A DNA stretch of 64,000 bases. Source: Halobacteriaceae archaeon (lineage in GTDB: Archaea; Halobacteriota; Halobacteria; Halobacteriales; Halobacteriaceae). The stretch's first letter is position 1. The number at the start of each line of letters is the position of its first letter. The notes under the pieces were generated by a model that was given only the letters and a program-made list of their open reading frames with translations, was not told the DNA's origin and did not search any database. The stretch lies in the NCBI GenBank assembly GCA_042216675.1, contig JBDGTS010000009.1, positions 1 to 64,000 on the forward strand, in the 5' to 3' direction. Below, piece by piece: positions 1 to 15,440 of this stretch. A program made the translations under genes and the position numbers.

Positions 1-129
1 TTCAACATGATTCCGTTCGGCCCCCTCGACGGGAAGACGGTGCTGAACTGGAGCAAGCCCGTGTTCGCGCTCGCGGCCCTGCCGGCCGTCGGCCTCGTCG
101 CGTTCTTCGTCCTCGCCCTCAGCGTGTGA
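1..129 (+). CDS. C-terminal fragment of a site-2 (M50 family) membrane metalloprotease
   Basis: Frame 1 reads FNMIPFGPLDGKTVLNWSKPVF...LSV*. NxxPxxPLDG is the M50 motif, followed by a hydrophobic helix. Truncated by the window edge. Confidence 0.75.
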   Translation, partial: FNMIPFGPLDGKTVLNWSKPVFALAALPAVGLVAFFVLALSV

Positions 130-166
130 CCGGTGTCCTTTTGGGCCGGCACGGGGGAGAGTGGGT

Positions 167-1141
167 ATGAGCGAGGACGACGAGGAACTCACCTACGCCG
201 ACGCGGGCGTCGACATCGAGGCCAGCGAGGCCGCGACGGGCGCACTCGTCGGCGCGGTGTCTGACCTCGACGACGAGACGGCGTACGCGGGCCTGTTGGA
301 CATCGGCGACCGCTTCTTGGGCCTCGCGACGGACGGTGTCGGCACGAAACTGCTCGTCGCCGACGCCATCGAGGACTACTCGACCATCGGCATCGACTGC
401 ATCGCGATGAACGTCAACGACCTCGTGGCGAGCGGGGTCCGCCCGGTCGCGTTCGTGGACTACCTCGCCGTCGACGACCCGAGCGAGGACCTCGCGGAGG
501 GTATCGGCGAGGGGCTAGCCGTGGGCGCCGAGGAGGCGGACGTGGCCCTCGTCGGCGGCGAGACGGCCGTCCTCCCCGAGGTCGTCTCCGGCTTCGACCT
601 CGCGGGCACGGCCGCCGGCCTCGCGCCGAAGGGCGCCATCTTCCCCGGCGAGGCAGAGGTGGGCGACGCGTTGGTGGGCTTTCGCTCCAGCGGCATCCAC
701 TCGAACGGCCTCACGCTCGCCCGCGAGGCGGTGACGCGGGACCACGACTACACCGACCCGTTCCCGGGCGCCGACCGCTCTATCGCCGCGGAACTGCTCG
801 AACCGACGCGCATCTACACCTACCTGCTCGACGACTTGCGCCAACACGACGTCCACGCCGCCGCGCACGTCACTGGCGGCGGATGGACGAACCTCGAACG
901 GATGGGCGAGTACCGCTACGAGATTACAGACCCCTTCGACGCTCAGCGCGTCTTCGAGTTCGTGCAGGCGGAGGGCAACGTCAGCGACGAGGAGATGCAC
1001 CGCACGTTCAACATGGGCACGGGCTTCGTCGTCGCACTCCCCAAGGACGAGGCCGAATCGCTCGTCGAGGCGACGGACGGGCGCGTCATCGGAGAAGTAG
1101 AAGCGGGAGAGCGCGTCGCGATTCGCGGGCTGGAACTGTAG
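167..1141 (+). CDS. purM: Phosphoribosylformylglycinamidine cyclo-ligase (AIR synthetase)
   Basis: YADAGVDI, TDGVGTK, AMNVND, GGETA, SSGIHSNG, HVTGGG and TFNMG motifs. ATG at 167. Confidence 0.96.
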   Translation: MSEDDEELTYADAGVDIEASEAATGALVGAVSDLDDETAYAGLLDIGDRFLGLATDGVGTKLLVADAIEDYSTIGIDCIAMNVNDLVASGVRPVAFVDYLAVDDPSEDLAEGIGEGLAVGAEEADVALVGGETAVLPEVVSGFDLAGTAAGLAPKGAIFPGEAEVGDALVGFRSSGIHSNGLTLAREAVTRDHDYTDPFPGADRSIAAELLEPTRIYTYLLDDLRQHDVHAAAHVTGGGWTNLERMGEYRYEITDPFDAQRVFEFVQAEGNVSDEEMHRTFNMGTGFVVALPKDEAESLVEATDGRVIGEVEAGERVAIRGLEL

Positions 1142-1699
1142 TCAGGAGAGACGCGCGGCCACGTCGGCTTCGGTGATGATGCCGACGACGTGGCCGTCTT
1201 CGACGACGATGACGGCGCGGGAGTGGTCGAGGTAGTTGTCGATTTGCTCCAGCGGCGCGTCCGGTTCGACGGTGTTGTAGGAGCCGTGCATCACGTCCGC
1301 CACCGGGAGGTCCCCCACTTCCGTCTCGCCCGTCGTCTCCTCGCGGGCTTGCCGGATGTCGCTGTTCGAGATGATGCCCTGTGGCTGGCCGTCGCGGATG
1401 ACCGGCAGTTGGGAGTAGCCCTCTTCGAGCATCAGGTCGCGTGCCCCGCGCACCGAGTCGTCTGGACGGACGCTTACGACGGTGGTGTTCATCACGTCCG
1501 CCGCGCGGACGACGTCGCCCTCGGCCTCGTCGAGGGCCTCGACGATGCGCCGAAGCGTGGAGAGACGAGGGTCCACGTCGCCGCCCTCGATGCGAGCGAT
1601 GAGTGGTTGCGACACGTCGGCCCGGTTGGCGAGTTCGCTCTGGGTCAAATCCAGTTCGTTCCGCCGTTCGCGGAGGTCCTGCGGCGTCGGGAGATGCAT
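1142..1699 (-). CDS. XRE-type HTH plus CBS-pair transcriptional regulator
   Basis: MHLPTPQDLRERRNELDLTQSELA...VSQPLIARIE (HTH), followed by two CBS repeats (YSQLPV, VVGIITEAD). Confidence 0.88.
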   Translation of the reverse strand: MHLPTPQDLRERRNELDLTQSELANRADVSQPLIARIEGGDVDPRLSTLRRIVEALDEAEGDVVRAADVMNTTVVSVRPDDSVRGARDLMLEEGYSQLPVIRDGQPQGIISNSDIRQAREETTGETEVGDLPVADVMHGSYNTVEPDAPLEQIDNYLDHSRAVIVVEDGHVVGIITEADVAARLS

Positions 1700-1731
1700 A
1701 CCGCCGAATAACTGTCGGTAATTGATAAAGG

Positions 1732-2103
1732 TTACTCCGCGTCGCGCTCTTCCTCGCCGTCCTCGGTTTCGACCACTTCGATGACTTCGAGGGGGACGTC
1801 GCGGAGGGCACCGCCCACCTCGCTCTTGGCGATTCGGGAGGCGTGTTCCTCGCTGTCGGCGTTGAACACCGTCATCTCCAGCATCAGGCCGACGAGCGCC
1901 GTCTCCGCCGCGAGGAACGCGGCGTCGAGGGGTTCGCCGCACGCGGGACAGGTTGTGACGCCGGCTTCGACTTCGACGTAGTCGAGGTCCTTCTCGTTGA
2001 GACGCTTGCCCGCCTCGCTCACGGCGACGCCGATGGCGTCGTCGCTGTTCTCGACGTCACGGACCAACCACGCGGCTTCCATCGCAACGAGGTAATTGGG
2101 CAT
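1732..2103 (-). CDS. DUF555/UPF0212-type archaeal protein
   Basis: MPNYLVAMEAAWLVRDV...DDAIGVAVSEAGKRLN, CPACG Zn knuckle, HASRIAK. Confidence 0.8.
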   Translation of the reverse strand: MPNYLVAMEAAWLVRDVENSDDAIGVAVSEAGKRLNEKDLDYVEVEAGVTTCPACGEPLDAAFLAAETALVGLMLEMTVFNADSEEHASRIAKSEVGGALRDVPLEVIEVVETEDGEEERDAE

Positions 2104-2319
2104 ACCCGACTCTCCACGCGCCGGGGACACGTGCCTTGCGGTTCGGAGCCGGTGCGGACGTGACTCGGTTCGTTCGCATAACTTACGGATAACGGCCGCG
2201 TGGGCGAGCGTCGTCTTACCCGAATCCGTGGGCCCGACGCCGAAATCGGGTCGGCCGCAGGCCCGAGGCGAGAACCGCACGACGGCGTCGGATTCGCCAT
2301 CGCGCGCCGGGAGTAACGC

Positions 2320-2327
2320 TTATATAC
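2320..2327 (+). promoter_or_regulatory. TATA box of the small ORF at 2356
   Basis: TTATATAC about 29-36 nt upstream of the ATG at 2356, consistent with leaderless spacing. Confidence 0.55.
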
Positions 2328-2355
2328 TGCTCTCGCTTTCGAACGCGACACGACA

Positions 2356-2520
2356 ATGCAGACCCGCCTCGCGACGCTGGCCCGGTACGGGCTCTACCAG
2401 TTCACCCTCAGCCTCGGCATCCTGTTGCTCCCCATCGTGTTGGCCGCCCGCCGCGCGGGCCTCCCGATTCCGCTCGAACGCGTCGTCGCGCGACTGGTGG
2501 AAGCCGCCGGTCCCGCCTGA
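2356..2520 (+). CDS. Small (54 aa) hydrophobic protein, not in the ORF track
   Basis: MQTRLATLARYGLYQFTLSLGILLLPIVLAARRAGLPIPLERVVARLVEAAGPA*. High GC3, own TATA box, fills the gap before psmB. Confidence 0.65.
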   Translation: MQTRLATLARYGLYQFTLSLGILLLPIVLAARRAGLPIPLERVVARLVEAAGPA

Positions 2521-2559
2521 AGAGATGCTTTTATCACCGGCGGGGCGGTAAGCCCGTGT

Positions 2560-3279
2560 ATGCATCCTACGCGAGACAGCGAGTTCTCCCGCAACAGTGA
2601 CCGCTTCGACAGCGGTTCCGACCCCTACGAGCCCGAGGTCGGGTCCCTCCCCGACGCGGACGCCGGGTCGGCGATGGAGACGGACACCGGCACCACCATC
2701 GTCGGCATCGTCACCGACGACGCCGTGGTGATGGCGACGGACATGCGCGCCAGCCTCGGCGGCCGCGTCGTCTCCAACAAGGACGTCCAGAAGGTCGAGG
2801 AGATTCAGCCCAACGCGGCGCTCACCATCTCCGGCTCCGTCGGCGGGGCTCAGTCGTTCATCCGCACCCTCCGCGCGGAGTCGAACCTCTACGAGACGCG
2901 CCGCGGCGAGTACATGAGCATCGAGGCGCTCTCAACGATGGCGAGCAACCTCCTCCGTGGCGGCCCGTTCTTCCGGGTCGCGCCTCTGCTCGGCGGCTTC
3001 GACGACGAGGGCGGCCACGTGTACAGTCTGGACCCCTCGGGCAGTTCGCTCTCGGACAACTACTCCGCGCAAGGGAGCGGGATGCCCTACGCGCTCGGTG
3101 TCCTCGAGAGCGAGTTCGAGGAGGGTCTCTCCACCGAGGACGGCAAGCGCATCGCGGCTCAGTCCATCAAGAGCGCGTCCGAGCGTGACACGGCCTCCGG
3201 CAACGGCGTCTACCTCGCGGAGATTACCCGCGAGAACGTCGCCATCGAGGGCCACAAGGAGTTCGACGACCTACTGTAA
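2560..3279 (+). CDS. psmB: 20S proteasome beta subunit
   Basis: Propeptide then TG|TTIVG (catalytic Thr), ATDMRAS, KDVQKV, GSG, ERDTASG. TTTTAT box at about 2529. Confidence 0.95.
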   Translation: MHPTRDSEFSRNSDRFDSGSDPYEPEVGSLPDADAGSAMETDTGTTIVGIVTDDAVVMATDMRASLGGRVVSNKDVQKVEEIQPNAALTISGSVGGAQSFIRTLRAESNLYETRRGEYMSIEALSTMASNLLRGGPFFRVAPLLGGFDDEGGHVYSLDPSGSSLSDNYSAQGSGMPYALGVLESEFEEGLSTEDGKRIAAQSIKSASERDTASGNGVYLAEITRENVAIEGHKEFDDLL

Positions 3280-4818
3280 CCAGTCCGCGAAGCACCCGGT
3301 GAGGAGCGTCTCGCGCTGTTTCTCCAGATACGTTCGCTGCATGCCGGCCACCGCGTCGGCGAACGCCTCGCCGTCGGCAAGCCGTTCGCGAACCCGCGCA
3401 CGCTTCCAGTCGGCCGGCGTCGTCTCCGCCGCCACTCGTGCCCCCAACGGGTCGAGGTAGTGCGCCCGGGCGTCCTCGTCGACGCCGCGCGCCGCCAACC
3501 CCGCGTCCGCGTGCGCCAGCAGGTCGTCCGCGATGGCGCCCGCCGATGACGTGCGCTCGCCGTCGCCCGTAATCCACGTCAGGTCGGCGTCGAGACCGTT
3601 TCTCGCGGCGGCGTAGAAGTTCTCCTCCACCGTCTCCCAGTCGAGGTCAGCGACCGGATGGTCGGCGGACCGCAGGCCGACGAGGAGGCCCGCGAACGCC
3701 GCCTGTAGCGCGATGGTGTCTCGGACCGTCGGCTGACCGGGGAGCGGCCGGAACTCGATGCGGGCGTTCGCGTCGGACCGAGTCGGTCCGCCGAACACCG
3801 GTCTGACCCACCGCCAGTAGGTGCCGTGCTTGTGGCGGAAGTGCGCGAACTGGTCGTCGAATCGGTCGCCTTCCGTGACGGGCATCGGCACCATCGTCTC
3901 GTCGGCGGCGATGCGGTCGAGCGCTTGCTCCACCGTCGTGAGGTCCCGCGGGAAGCGAACCTTGTCGTGGCCCTCGCCGTTGAGGACGGACTCGAAGACG
4001 GCGATGCGGTGTTCGTCCCAGCCGTCGTCGAGTGCCTCCTCCGGCGTCGTCCCCGAATCGTAGAGGTCAGGGGGGAACAGCGGCGAGTTGACCGCCATCG
4101 CCAGTAGCGGGCCGGCGATGCGGAGGGCGTACCGGAAGTAGTCGGGCAGGTCTCGGGCGTGTGGCACCTGATAGTGGGGCTGAATCGACGTGATGATGCT
4201 CTCTGGCATCACCGTGTCCGCGTCGAGGGAGACGTGTGGCGCGTCGATGGTCATGTCCGGCGAGAGGTCGGCGTTCGACATCGCGTGGTAGCGCACGGCC
4301 GAACTCATGTTCGTGGCGACGCGCACGTCGTCGATTTCCACGCTGTCCGTGAGGTACTCCCACGCCGTCTCGCCCGCGGGGGCGATGGTCCAGAGGCCGT
4401 CGCTGACGAGTCGGAGCCCCTCGGCCCGCATCGGGTCGCGTGCGGCCTCCAGACGCGCCGCCACCTGTTCGGACTGCGCGCGGAGGCCGTGGCCGTTCAG
4501 CGGATCCGGACTGGTGCTCATCTCGGCGTTGTGGAGGCCCAGTTCCTTCTCGAAGCCGACGTACTCCAGCAGTCGACGGGGGAGACGAGCAAGCGATCCC
4601 GGTTCGACGTGGTCGGGGTCGGTCCACTGGTCGGCGTCGTCGGCGGCGACGGCGTAGAACTCGTACTCGAGACCGACGATACCCTGGGGGTTGTCGAACG
4701 TCCCGTCGTCTATCTCCGCGGCGATGAGGTCCGCCTCCTCGTCGACGCGTCGTTGGAACTCGGTTCGCTCGACGTCGAGAACCGCGGCGACTTCGTCCGC
4801 GAGGTCCGACTCCGGCAT
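3271..4818 (-). CDS. Glutamate-cysteine ligase (GCS2)/carboxylate-amine ligase fold protein
   Basis: GLEYEF, ELGLHNAE, SIQPHYQ, AVNSPLF, HGTYWRWVRP and RIEFRPLP motifs. Acidic 515-aa ORF. Confidence 0.7.
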   Translation of the reverse strand: MPESDLADEVAAVLDVERTEFQRRVDEEADLIAAEIDDGTFDNPQGIVGLEYEFYAVAADDADQWTDPDHVEPGSLARLPRRLLEYVGFEKELGLHNAEMSTSPDPLNGHGLRAQSEQVAARLEAARDPMRAEGLRLVSDGLWTIAPAGETAWEYLTDSVEIDDVRVATNMSSAVRYHAMSNADLSPDMTIDAPHVSLDADTVMPESIITSIQPHYQVPHARDLPDYFRYALRIAGPLLAMAVNSPLFPPDLYDSGTTPEEALDDGWDEHRIAVFESVLNGEGHDKVRFPRDLTTVEQALDRIAADETMVPMPVTEGDRFDDQFAHFRHKHGTYWRWVRPVFGGPTRSDANARIEFRPLPGQPTVRDTIALQAAFAGLLVGLRSADHPVADLDWETVEENFYAAARNGLDADLTWITGDGERTSSAGAIADDLLAHADAGLAARGVDEDARAHYLDPLGARVAAETTPADWKRARVRERLADGEAFADAVAGMQRTYLEKQRETLLTGCFADWLQ

Positions 4819-4900
4819 ATGGTGGGGGGTGGACGCGGACAGCCTTGAAGGCGGCGACGAAACGGAGCGCTTTATCCGGGTGGGCGGCTACCTCTCACCG

Positions 4901-6553
4901 ATGGAGTTCGCCGAGTTCGCCGCCGCCGCGGCCGACGTGGAGGAGCGCTCCGCCGACGAGGCGATCGCGGAGCGAGTGACCGCTCTCCTCGCCGACGCCG
5001 GCCCGGACCTCTCCGTCGTCGCGCGCTTCGTGCAGGGGCGAGTGTTCCCGGCGTGGAGCGAGCGCAAACTCGACGTTGGGCCGTCGCTGTGCTACGAGGC
5101 CATCGCTCGGGCCGCGGGGCGGAACGTCGGCGTGGACGACGTGGAGGACCGCCTCGCGGAAACGGGCGACGTGGGCGCCGTCGCCGCGCGTTTCGACCTC
5201 GGAGGCCAACGCGGCCTCGGCGCGTTCGCGGGCGGCGACGACGACTCGCTCACCGTCGCCGACGTGTTCGCGGACCTCGAATCGCTCGCGGCCGCCTCCG
5301 GCGACGGCAGTCAGGACGAGAAGGTGACAATCCTTTTCGGTCTGTTCTCCCGCTGTGACGGCGCCGAGGCGCGCTATCTCGCCCGCCTCGTTCTCGGCGA
5401 GATGCGCATCGGCGTCGGCGAAGGGACGGTCAGGGACGCCATCGCGGCGGCGTTCGACGTGCCGCCGGAGGCGGTGGAGCGAGCGCTCCACGTCTCGAAC
5501 GACTACGGTCGCGTCGCCGAAATCGCTCGTGACGACGGCGAGACGGGGCTCGCAGAAGTGCGTCTCGAAGTCGGCCGACCCGTGCAGGCGATGCTCGCGC
5601 AGGCGGGTACTGCCGCCGACGCACTCGACGAGTGGGGGACGGCGGCCGTGGAGTGGAAGTTCGACGGCGCTCGGGTCCAACTCCACTACGACGGCGAGTC
5701 CGCACGCGTCTTCTCCCGCAACATGGAGGACGTGACGGCGGCGCTCCCGGAAGTCGTGGAGTTCGCCGAGGACGCACTCGACTGCCCGGCCATCCTCGAC
5801 GGCGAAGTCGTGGCCGTGGACGACGACGGGTCCCCGCTCCCGTTTCAGGAGATTCTGCGGCGCTTCCGCCGGAAGCACGACGTCGAGCGACTGCGCGAGG
5901 AGGTGGCCGTCGAACTCCGGGCCTTCGACTGCCTGCACGCCGACGGAGCGGACTTGCTCGATTCGCCCCTGACCGACCGCCACGGGCGCCTCGACGAACT
6001 GCTCGACGGCGCCGCCGTCTCGGAGTTGGTCGTCACCGACGACCTCGACGAAATCGCCGCCGTCGAGCAAGCCGCTCTCGACGCCGGCCACGAGGGCATC
6101 CTGTTGAAGAACCCCGAGTCCGCCTACTCGCCGGGGCGCCGCGGGAAGAACTGGCTGAAGCGCAAGCCGGACGTGGAGACGCTGGACCTGGTCGTCGTCG
6201 GCGCCGAGTGGGGCGAGGGGCGCCGCGCGAACGTCCTCGGGACCTTCGAACTCGGCGCGCGCGACGGCGACGGCTTCGCCACCGTCGGCAACGTCGCGAC
6301 GGGCCTCACCGACGAGGAACTCGACGACCTGACGGCGCGACTGGAGCCACACGTCCGGCGCGAGGACGGACAGGAGGTGGTCCTCGACCCCGCCGTCGTC
6401 GTCGAAGTGGGCTACGAGGAGATTCAGCCCTCGCCGACCTCCGAGTCGGGCTACGGCCTCCGATTCCCGCGGTTCCACGCCGTGCGCGAGGACCTCGACC
6501 CGTCGGACGCCGACGACGTGGCGCGCGTCGAGCGACTGGCGGAGCGCCAGTGA
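4901..6553 (+). CDS. ligA: ATP-dependent DNA ligase
   Basis: EWKFDGAR adenylation motif, ILDGE, EGILLK, WLKRK, LRFPRF. ATG at 4901. Confidence 0.95.
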   Translation: MEFAEFAAAAADVEERSADEAIAERVTALLADAGPDLSVVARFVQGRVFPAWSERKLDVGPSLCYEAIARAAGRNVGVDDVEDRLAETGDVGAVAARFDLGGQRGLGAFAGGDDDSLTVADVFADLESLAAASGDGSQDEKVTILFGLFSRCDGAEARYLARLVLGEMRIGVGEGTVRDAIAAAFDVPPEAVERALHVSNDYGRVAEIARDDGETGLAEVRLEVGRPVQAMLAQAGTAADALDEWGTAAVEWKFDGARVQLHYDGESARVFSRNMEDVTAALPEVVEFAEDALDCPAILDGEVVAVDDDGSPLPFQEILRRFRRKHDVERLREEVAVELRAFDCLHADGADLLDSPLTDRHGRLDELLDGAAVSELVVTDDLDEIAAVEQAALDAGHEGILLKNPESAYSPGRRGKNWLKRKPDVETLDLVVVGAEWGEGRRANVLGTFELGARDGDGFATVGNVATGLTDEELDDLTARLEPHVRREDGQEVVLDPAVVVEVGYEEIQPSPTSESGYGLRFPRFHAVREDLDPSDADDVARVERLAERQ

Positions 6554-6593
6554 ATGGACGAGGTTTTTACCACCGGGCCGAGGAGGTCCGTTC

Positions 6594-7361
6594 ATGACAG
6601 TCACGCACGACGGCCTCGACCTCTCGTGGCTCGGCTACGCGACCGCCCGCGTCGAAGCGCCCGACGGCACCGTCGTCTACACGGACCCCGGTCGCTACGG
6701 CGTCCTCGACGGGACGTGGGCGGAGCAGTACGGCGGCGTGGACCACCCGAGCGGCGACGCCTACGACGCCCGCGACGGCGACGTGGTTCTGGTCACGCAC
6801 GACCACCACTACAGCGACGAGGGCGTTGACCGCGTCGCCGCCAGTGACGCGACCGTCGTCGTGTACGAGGACGTCGACGCGGACCGAATCACGGAGGGTG
6901 GACGTCCCGTCGATTCGCCGGAGTCCCTGCGCGACGACGTGCGCCGCGTCGGCTACGACGAGACGGTCACCGTCGACGGCGTCGCGGTGACGGCGGTGCC
7001 CGCGTACAACCACCCCGACGGCCCCCGCGCCGACGAGAACGGGACCGTCGCACACCCCGAAGGCTTCGGCTGTGGCTTCCACTTCGAAGTGGCCGGCGTC
7101 CCCTGTCTCTGGACCGGTGACTCCGACGTGGTGCCCGAACAGGAAGCACTCGACGTGTCGGTGCTGTTCCCCTCCATCGCCCAGAGTTTCACGATGGACC
7201 GCCACGAGGCCGCCGACCTCGCGGAGGCGCTCTCTCCGACGCTGGTCCTGCCGATTCACTACAACACGTTCCCGGGCCTCGAAGCCGATTCGGGCGCGTT
7301 CGCGGCCGACGTGGCGAAACGCGGCGTCCCGGTCGTCCTCGACGAGAGCGGGGACCTCTAG
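6594..7361 (+). CDS. Metallo-beta-lactamase-fold hydrolase
   Basis: [18 protein letters not shown] and PIHY motifs. Confidence 0.8.
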   Translation: MTVTHDGLDLSWLGYATARVEAPDGTVVYTDPGRYGVLDGTWAEQYGGVDHPSGDAYDARDGDVVLVTHDHHYSDEGVDRVAASDATVVVYEDVDADRITEGGRPVDSPESLRDDVRRVGYDETVTVDGVAVTAVPAYNHPDGPRADENGTVAHPEGFGCGFHFEVAGVPCLWTGDSDVVPEQEALDVSVLFPSIAQSFTMDRHEAADLAEALSPTLVLPIHYNTFPGLEADSGAFAADVAKRGVPVVLDESGDL

Positions 7362-8455
7362 AGAATCCCCATCTCGGAGAGGCGGTCAGGGAGATAGGAG
7401 TCCGTCACGAAGTCCAGACCGCGGGAGGCGAGGGCCTGCTGTTCGGCCTTCTGCCCGATGTCGAGTTGGAGTTCGATCTGTTCTTTCCAGTACTCCGTCT
7501 GGAAGCGGGGGTCTTCGAGTTCCGATTCCAGCGCGTTCACGTCGGAGTCGCTGAGTGGGTCCGTCGGCAAGTCGTACTCCACGATGTCCTCGGGGCGGAT
7601 GCCGACGAACTCCGCCTCGGGCGTCGCGAGGTACTCCGAGAGGTGCGCGCTCTTGATGGACCCGTAGGCGACGGAGCCGAAGATGCGGTAGGACCACGGG
7701 TCGGCGTCAGTGAACACCCCCACCGGCAGGCCGAGTTCGTCGTGGAGGCGCTTGGTGATGCGCCGCGTCGCGCGGGCCGGTTGGCCCTTGAGGTGGACGA
7801 CGATGGTGTTGTACTCCTCGTCGAAGCCGTTCTCGACGAGTCGGTCCCGCATCCCGCCCGTCTCCACACAGAGGATGAAGTCGGCGTCGTCGTCGAGGAA
7901 ATCGATAGTGTCGGGGTTGTTGGGAATCTGGTAGCCGCCCTCGCCTACGTCCTCCTGACAGTGGATTTCGCGTTCGCCGCGTCGCGTCTGCTCGCGGAGG
8001 TAGAGCGGCCCCATCAGCGTCGCGCCCGACTCCTCGGGGCGCATGTGGAAGTCCTCGCGCTTGACGCCGGAGACGATTTCGAGGTCCTCGACGAGTTTGT
8101 CGGACTCGCTCTGGCCGTTGAACTGCGCCTCCTCGGCGTCCCACGACTCCGAGAGGTAATACAGTTCACGCAGGGTCGAGGAGCGGCCCTCTTCGAGTTG
8201 CTGTGCGAGGAACTCGACGGTGTAAATCGACTTCAGCAGTTTCCGTGCCCCGCGGACGCTCTTCGCCGACCGGGTGGAGGTCCGGTCGCCGTACACCCAC
8301 ACGTTCTTGTCCTCGTCGTACTCGATGTTGGACTTCGACCGGGTGGGCAGGGTCATCGAGGGCACGTCGCCGCTCTCGAACTGGTCGTAGAACTCCGCGG
8401 CCAACTCGACGAGCTGTTCGCGGGCTTCGGCTTCGGAGTCGCTGTCTGCGCTCAT
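7358..8455 (-). CDS. top6A: DNA topoisomerase VI subunit A
   Basis: TLRELYY (catalytic Tyr), VETGG, FTDADPW toprim motif, KAEQQAL. Confidence 0.96.
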   Translation of the reverse strand: MSADSDSEAEAREQLVELAAEFYDQFESGDVPSMTLPTRSKSNIEYDEDKNVWVYGDRTSTRSAKSVRGARKLLKSIYTVEFLAQQLEEGRSSTLRELYYLSESWDAEEAQFNGQSESDKLVEDLEIVSGVKREDFHMRPEESGATLMGPLYLREQTRRGEREIHCQEDVGEGGYQIPNNPDTIDFLDDDADFILCVETGGMRDRLVENGFDEEYNTIVVHLKGQPARATRRITKRLHDELGLPVGVFTDADPWSYRIFGSVAYGSIKSAHLSEYLATPEAEFVGIRPEDIVEYDLPTDPLSDSDVNALESELEDPRFQTEYWKEQIELQLDIGQKAEQQALASRGLDFVTDSYLPDRLSEMGIL

Positions 8456-8457
8456 AG

Positions 8458-12921
<4,464 letters not shown>

Positions 12922-12922
12922 C

Positions 12923-15376
12923 ATGAGTTCGGACCTCCCAGACGCAGACGTCGAGGCGGACCACGTCGAGCGGGTTCGCATCGAGGACGAGATGGAGCAG
13001 AGCTACATCGACTACGCGATGAGCGTCATCGCCGGCCGCGCCCTTCCGGACGTCCGGGACGGCCTCAAGCCGGTCCACCGCCGCATCCTGTACGCGATGG
13101 ACGAGATGGGCGTCACCGCCCGCGGCAGTCACCGCAAGTCCTCGTCCATCGTGGGCGACACGATGGGTGATTACCACCCCCACGGCGGCGACGCCATCTA
13201 CGACACGCTCGTCAAGATGGCGCAGGACTTCTCGATGCGCTACCCCCTCGTGGACGGGCAGGGGAACTTCGGGTCGATGGACGGCGACCCCGCCGCGGCG
13301 ATGCGGTACACCGAGGCCCGGATGGCCCCCATCGCCGAGGAGTTGCTGGCGGACATCGACAAGGACACCGTCGACTTCACCGGCAACTACGACGACAGAC
13401 TGCAGGAGCCCGACGTCCTGCCGGCGGCGTACCCGAACCTCCTCGTCAACGGGTCGACGGGCATCGCCGTCGGCATGTCGACGAAGATCCCGCCCCACAA
13501 CCTCGGTGAAGTCATCGACGCGACGATTCACCTCATCGACAACCCCGACTGTGAAATTGCGGACCTGATGAACCACGTCAAGGGACCGGACTTTCCCACC
13601 GGCGCGAACGTCGTCGGGCGCAACGCGGTCCGCAAGGCCTACGAGACGGGCCGGGGGCGCCTCCGCGTCCGCGCCGAGTACGAGTTCGAGGAGACGGCCA
13701 ACCGCAAACGCCTCGTCATCACGGAACTCCCCTTTCAGGAGAACAAGGCCCGCCTCGTCGAGCGCATCGCCGACGACGTGAACGAGGGCACCATCGAAGG
13801 CGTCGCTGACCTGCGCGACGAGTCCGACCGCAACGGCGTCCGCATCGTCGTTGAACTCAAGCGGGGTGCGAACGCCGAGGTGGTGGAGAACCAACTGCTG
13901 GAGAACCACCTCGAAACCACCTTCGGCGTCATCAATCTCGCCCTCGTGGACGGGCAACCCCGCGTCCTCACGCTGAAGGAGACGCTGGAACACTATCTCG
14001 ACCACCGGAAGGAGGTCGTCAGGCGCCGCTCGGAACACGACCTCGCCGAGGCCGAGGACCGCGCGCACATCCTCGAAGGACGCCTGCAGGCCGTCGAGAA
14101 CGCCGACGACGTGGTGGAACTCATCCGCGACTCCGAGGACCGCGACGCGGCGCGCGCGAACCTGCAGGCGGAGTTCGACTTCTCCGAGGATCAGGCCGAC
14201 CACGTCGTGCGGATGCAACTCGGCTCGCTCACCTCGATGGAGGCCGGCGAAATCGAGGACGAGTACGAGAACGTGCAAGCACGCATCGAGCGTCTGACCG
14301 AGATTCTGGAGAGCGAATCCGAACTGCTCGCGGTCATCAAAGACGAACTTCGGGACATCAAAGACGAGTACGCCGACGAGCGACGGACCTCCTTCGTCGA
14401 GGACGTGGGCGAAGTCGCCCACGAGGACCTCATCCCCGAGGAGGACGTCCTCGTCGTGATGACCGAGGACGACTACGTGAAGCGGATGCCCGCCGGCCGG
14501 TTCGACGCGCAGGGCCGCGGCGGCAAGGGCATCATCGGCGTCGACGTGAAGGAGGACGACAGGGTCTCGAAGGTGTTCCGCGCGAACACCCACGACTACC
14601 TGCTCGCGTTCACGACCCACGGGAAGGTGTACCAACTCCGCGGATTCGAGATTCCCGAGATGAGCCGTACGGCTCGGGGCAAGTCGGCGGTCAATCTCCT
14701 CGACCTCGACGACGGCGAGGACCTCACCGCCGTCGTCGCCACCGACGACTTCGAGTCCGGGCAGTTTCTGACGATGGCGACCCGGCAGGGCTACGTCAAG
14801 CGCACCCCCGTCGAGGACTTCGAGAACGTCCGCTCGACCGGCATCATCGCCGCCAGTCTCGGCGAGGACGACGCCCTCGTGGACGTGGCGGTCACGAACG
14901 GCGACTCCGACATCGTTCTCGCGACGGCCGCGGGCATGGCCATCCGTTTCAGCGAGGACGAGGCCCGGTCGATGGGCCGCAACGCCCGCGGCGTCCACGG
15001 CATCGAACTCGAACACGAGGGTGACCGTGTGGTCGGTCTCGTCGCCGCCGACCCCGACGACGACGCGAGTCTGCTGACGGTGACCCGGAACGGCTACGGC
15101 AAGCGCACGCCCCTCGCCGAGTACCGCCGCCAGTCCCGCTACGGGAAGGGCCTCGTCGACATCGAGACGGGCGAGCGAAACGGCCCCGCCGTCGCCGTCG
15201 AACGCGTCACAGACGCCGACGACGTCGTCGTGATGACTGAGGACGGCCAGATTATGCGGACGCCCGTCGCCGACATCTCCGAGGTCGGGCGCAACACGAT
15301 GGGCGTCATCGTGATGGAGACGGAGGCCGACGACCGGGTGGCCACCGTCGAAGTCGTGCCGACCGCTGAGGAGTAA
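12923..15376 (+). CDS. gyrA: DNA gyrase subunit A
   Basis: [28 protein letters not shown] (catalytic Tyr), GyrA box QGRGGKG, C-terminal beta-pinwheel repeats. Confidence 0.97.
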   Translation: MSSDLPDADVEADHVERVRIEDEMEQSYIDYAMSVIAGRALPDVRDGLKPVHRRILYAMDEMGVTARGSHRKSSSIVGDTMGDYHPHGGDAIYDTLVKMAQDFSMRYPLVDGQGNFGSMDGDPAAAMRYTEARMAPIAEELLADIDKDTVDFTGNYDDRLQEPDVLPAAYPNLLVNGSTGIAVGMSTKIPPHNLGEVIDATIHLIDNPDCEIADLMNHVKGPDFPTGANVVGRNAVRKAYETGRGRLRVRAEYEFEETANRKRLVITELPFQENKARLVERIADDVNEGTIEGVADLRDESDRNGVRIVVELKRGANAEVVENQLLENHLETTFGVINLALVDGQPRVLTLKETLEHYLDHRKEVVRRRSEHDLAEAEDRAHILEGRLQAVENADDVVELIRDSEDRDAARANLQAEFDFSEDQADHVVRMQLGSLTSMEAGEIEDEYENVQARIERLTEILESESELLAVIKDELRDIKDEYADERRTSFVEDVGEVAHEDLIPEEDVLVVMTEDDYVKRMPAGRFDAQGRGGKGIIGVDVKEDDRVSKVFRANTHDYLLAFTTHGKVYQLRGFEIPEMSRTARGKSAVNLLDLDDGEDLTAVVATDDFESGQFLTMATRQGYVKRTPVEDFENVRSTGIIAASLGEDDALVDVAVTNGDSDIVLATAAGMAIRFSEDEARSMGRNARGVHGIELEHEGDRVVGLVAADPDDDASLLTVTRNGYGKRTPLAEYRRQSRYGKGLVDIETGERNGPAVAVERVTDADDVVVMTEDGQIMRTPVADISEVGRNTMGVIVMETEADDRVATVEVVPTAEE

Positions 15377-15440
15377 GCCGGTCACAACCGCCGGTTCCCG
15401 AAGGGGTAATCTGTAGCCGGTGGTCCGATGTCGGAACGCG

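Noticed and set aside
2356-2520. Small ORF before psmB as a Pup/ubiquitin-like tag
   Set aside because: It is hydrophobic and basic and ends in AGPA, not GGE/GGQ or GG. It does not resemble disordered acidic Pup or beta-grasp SAMPs.
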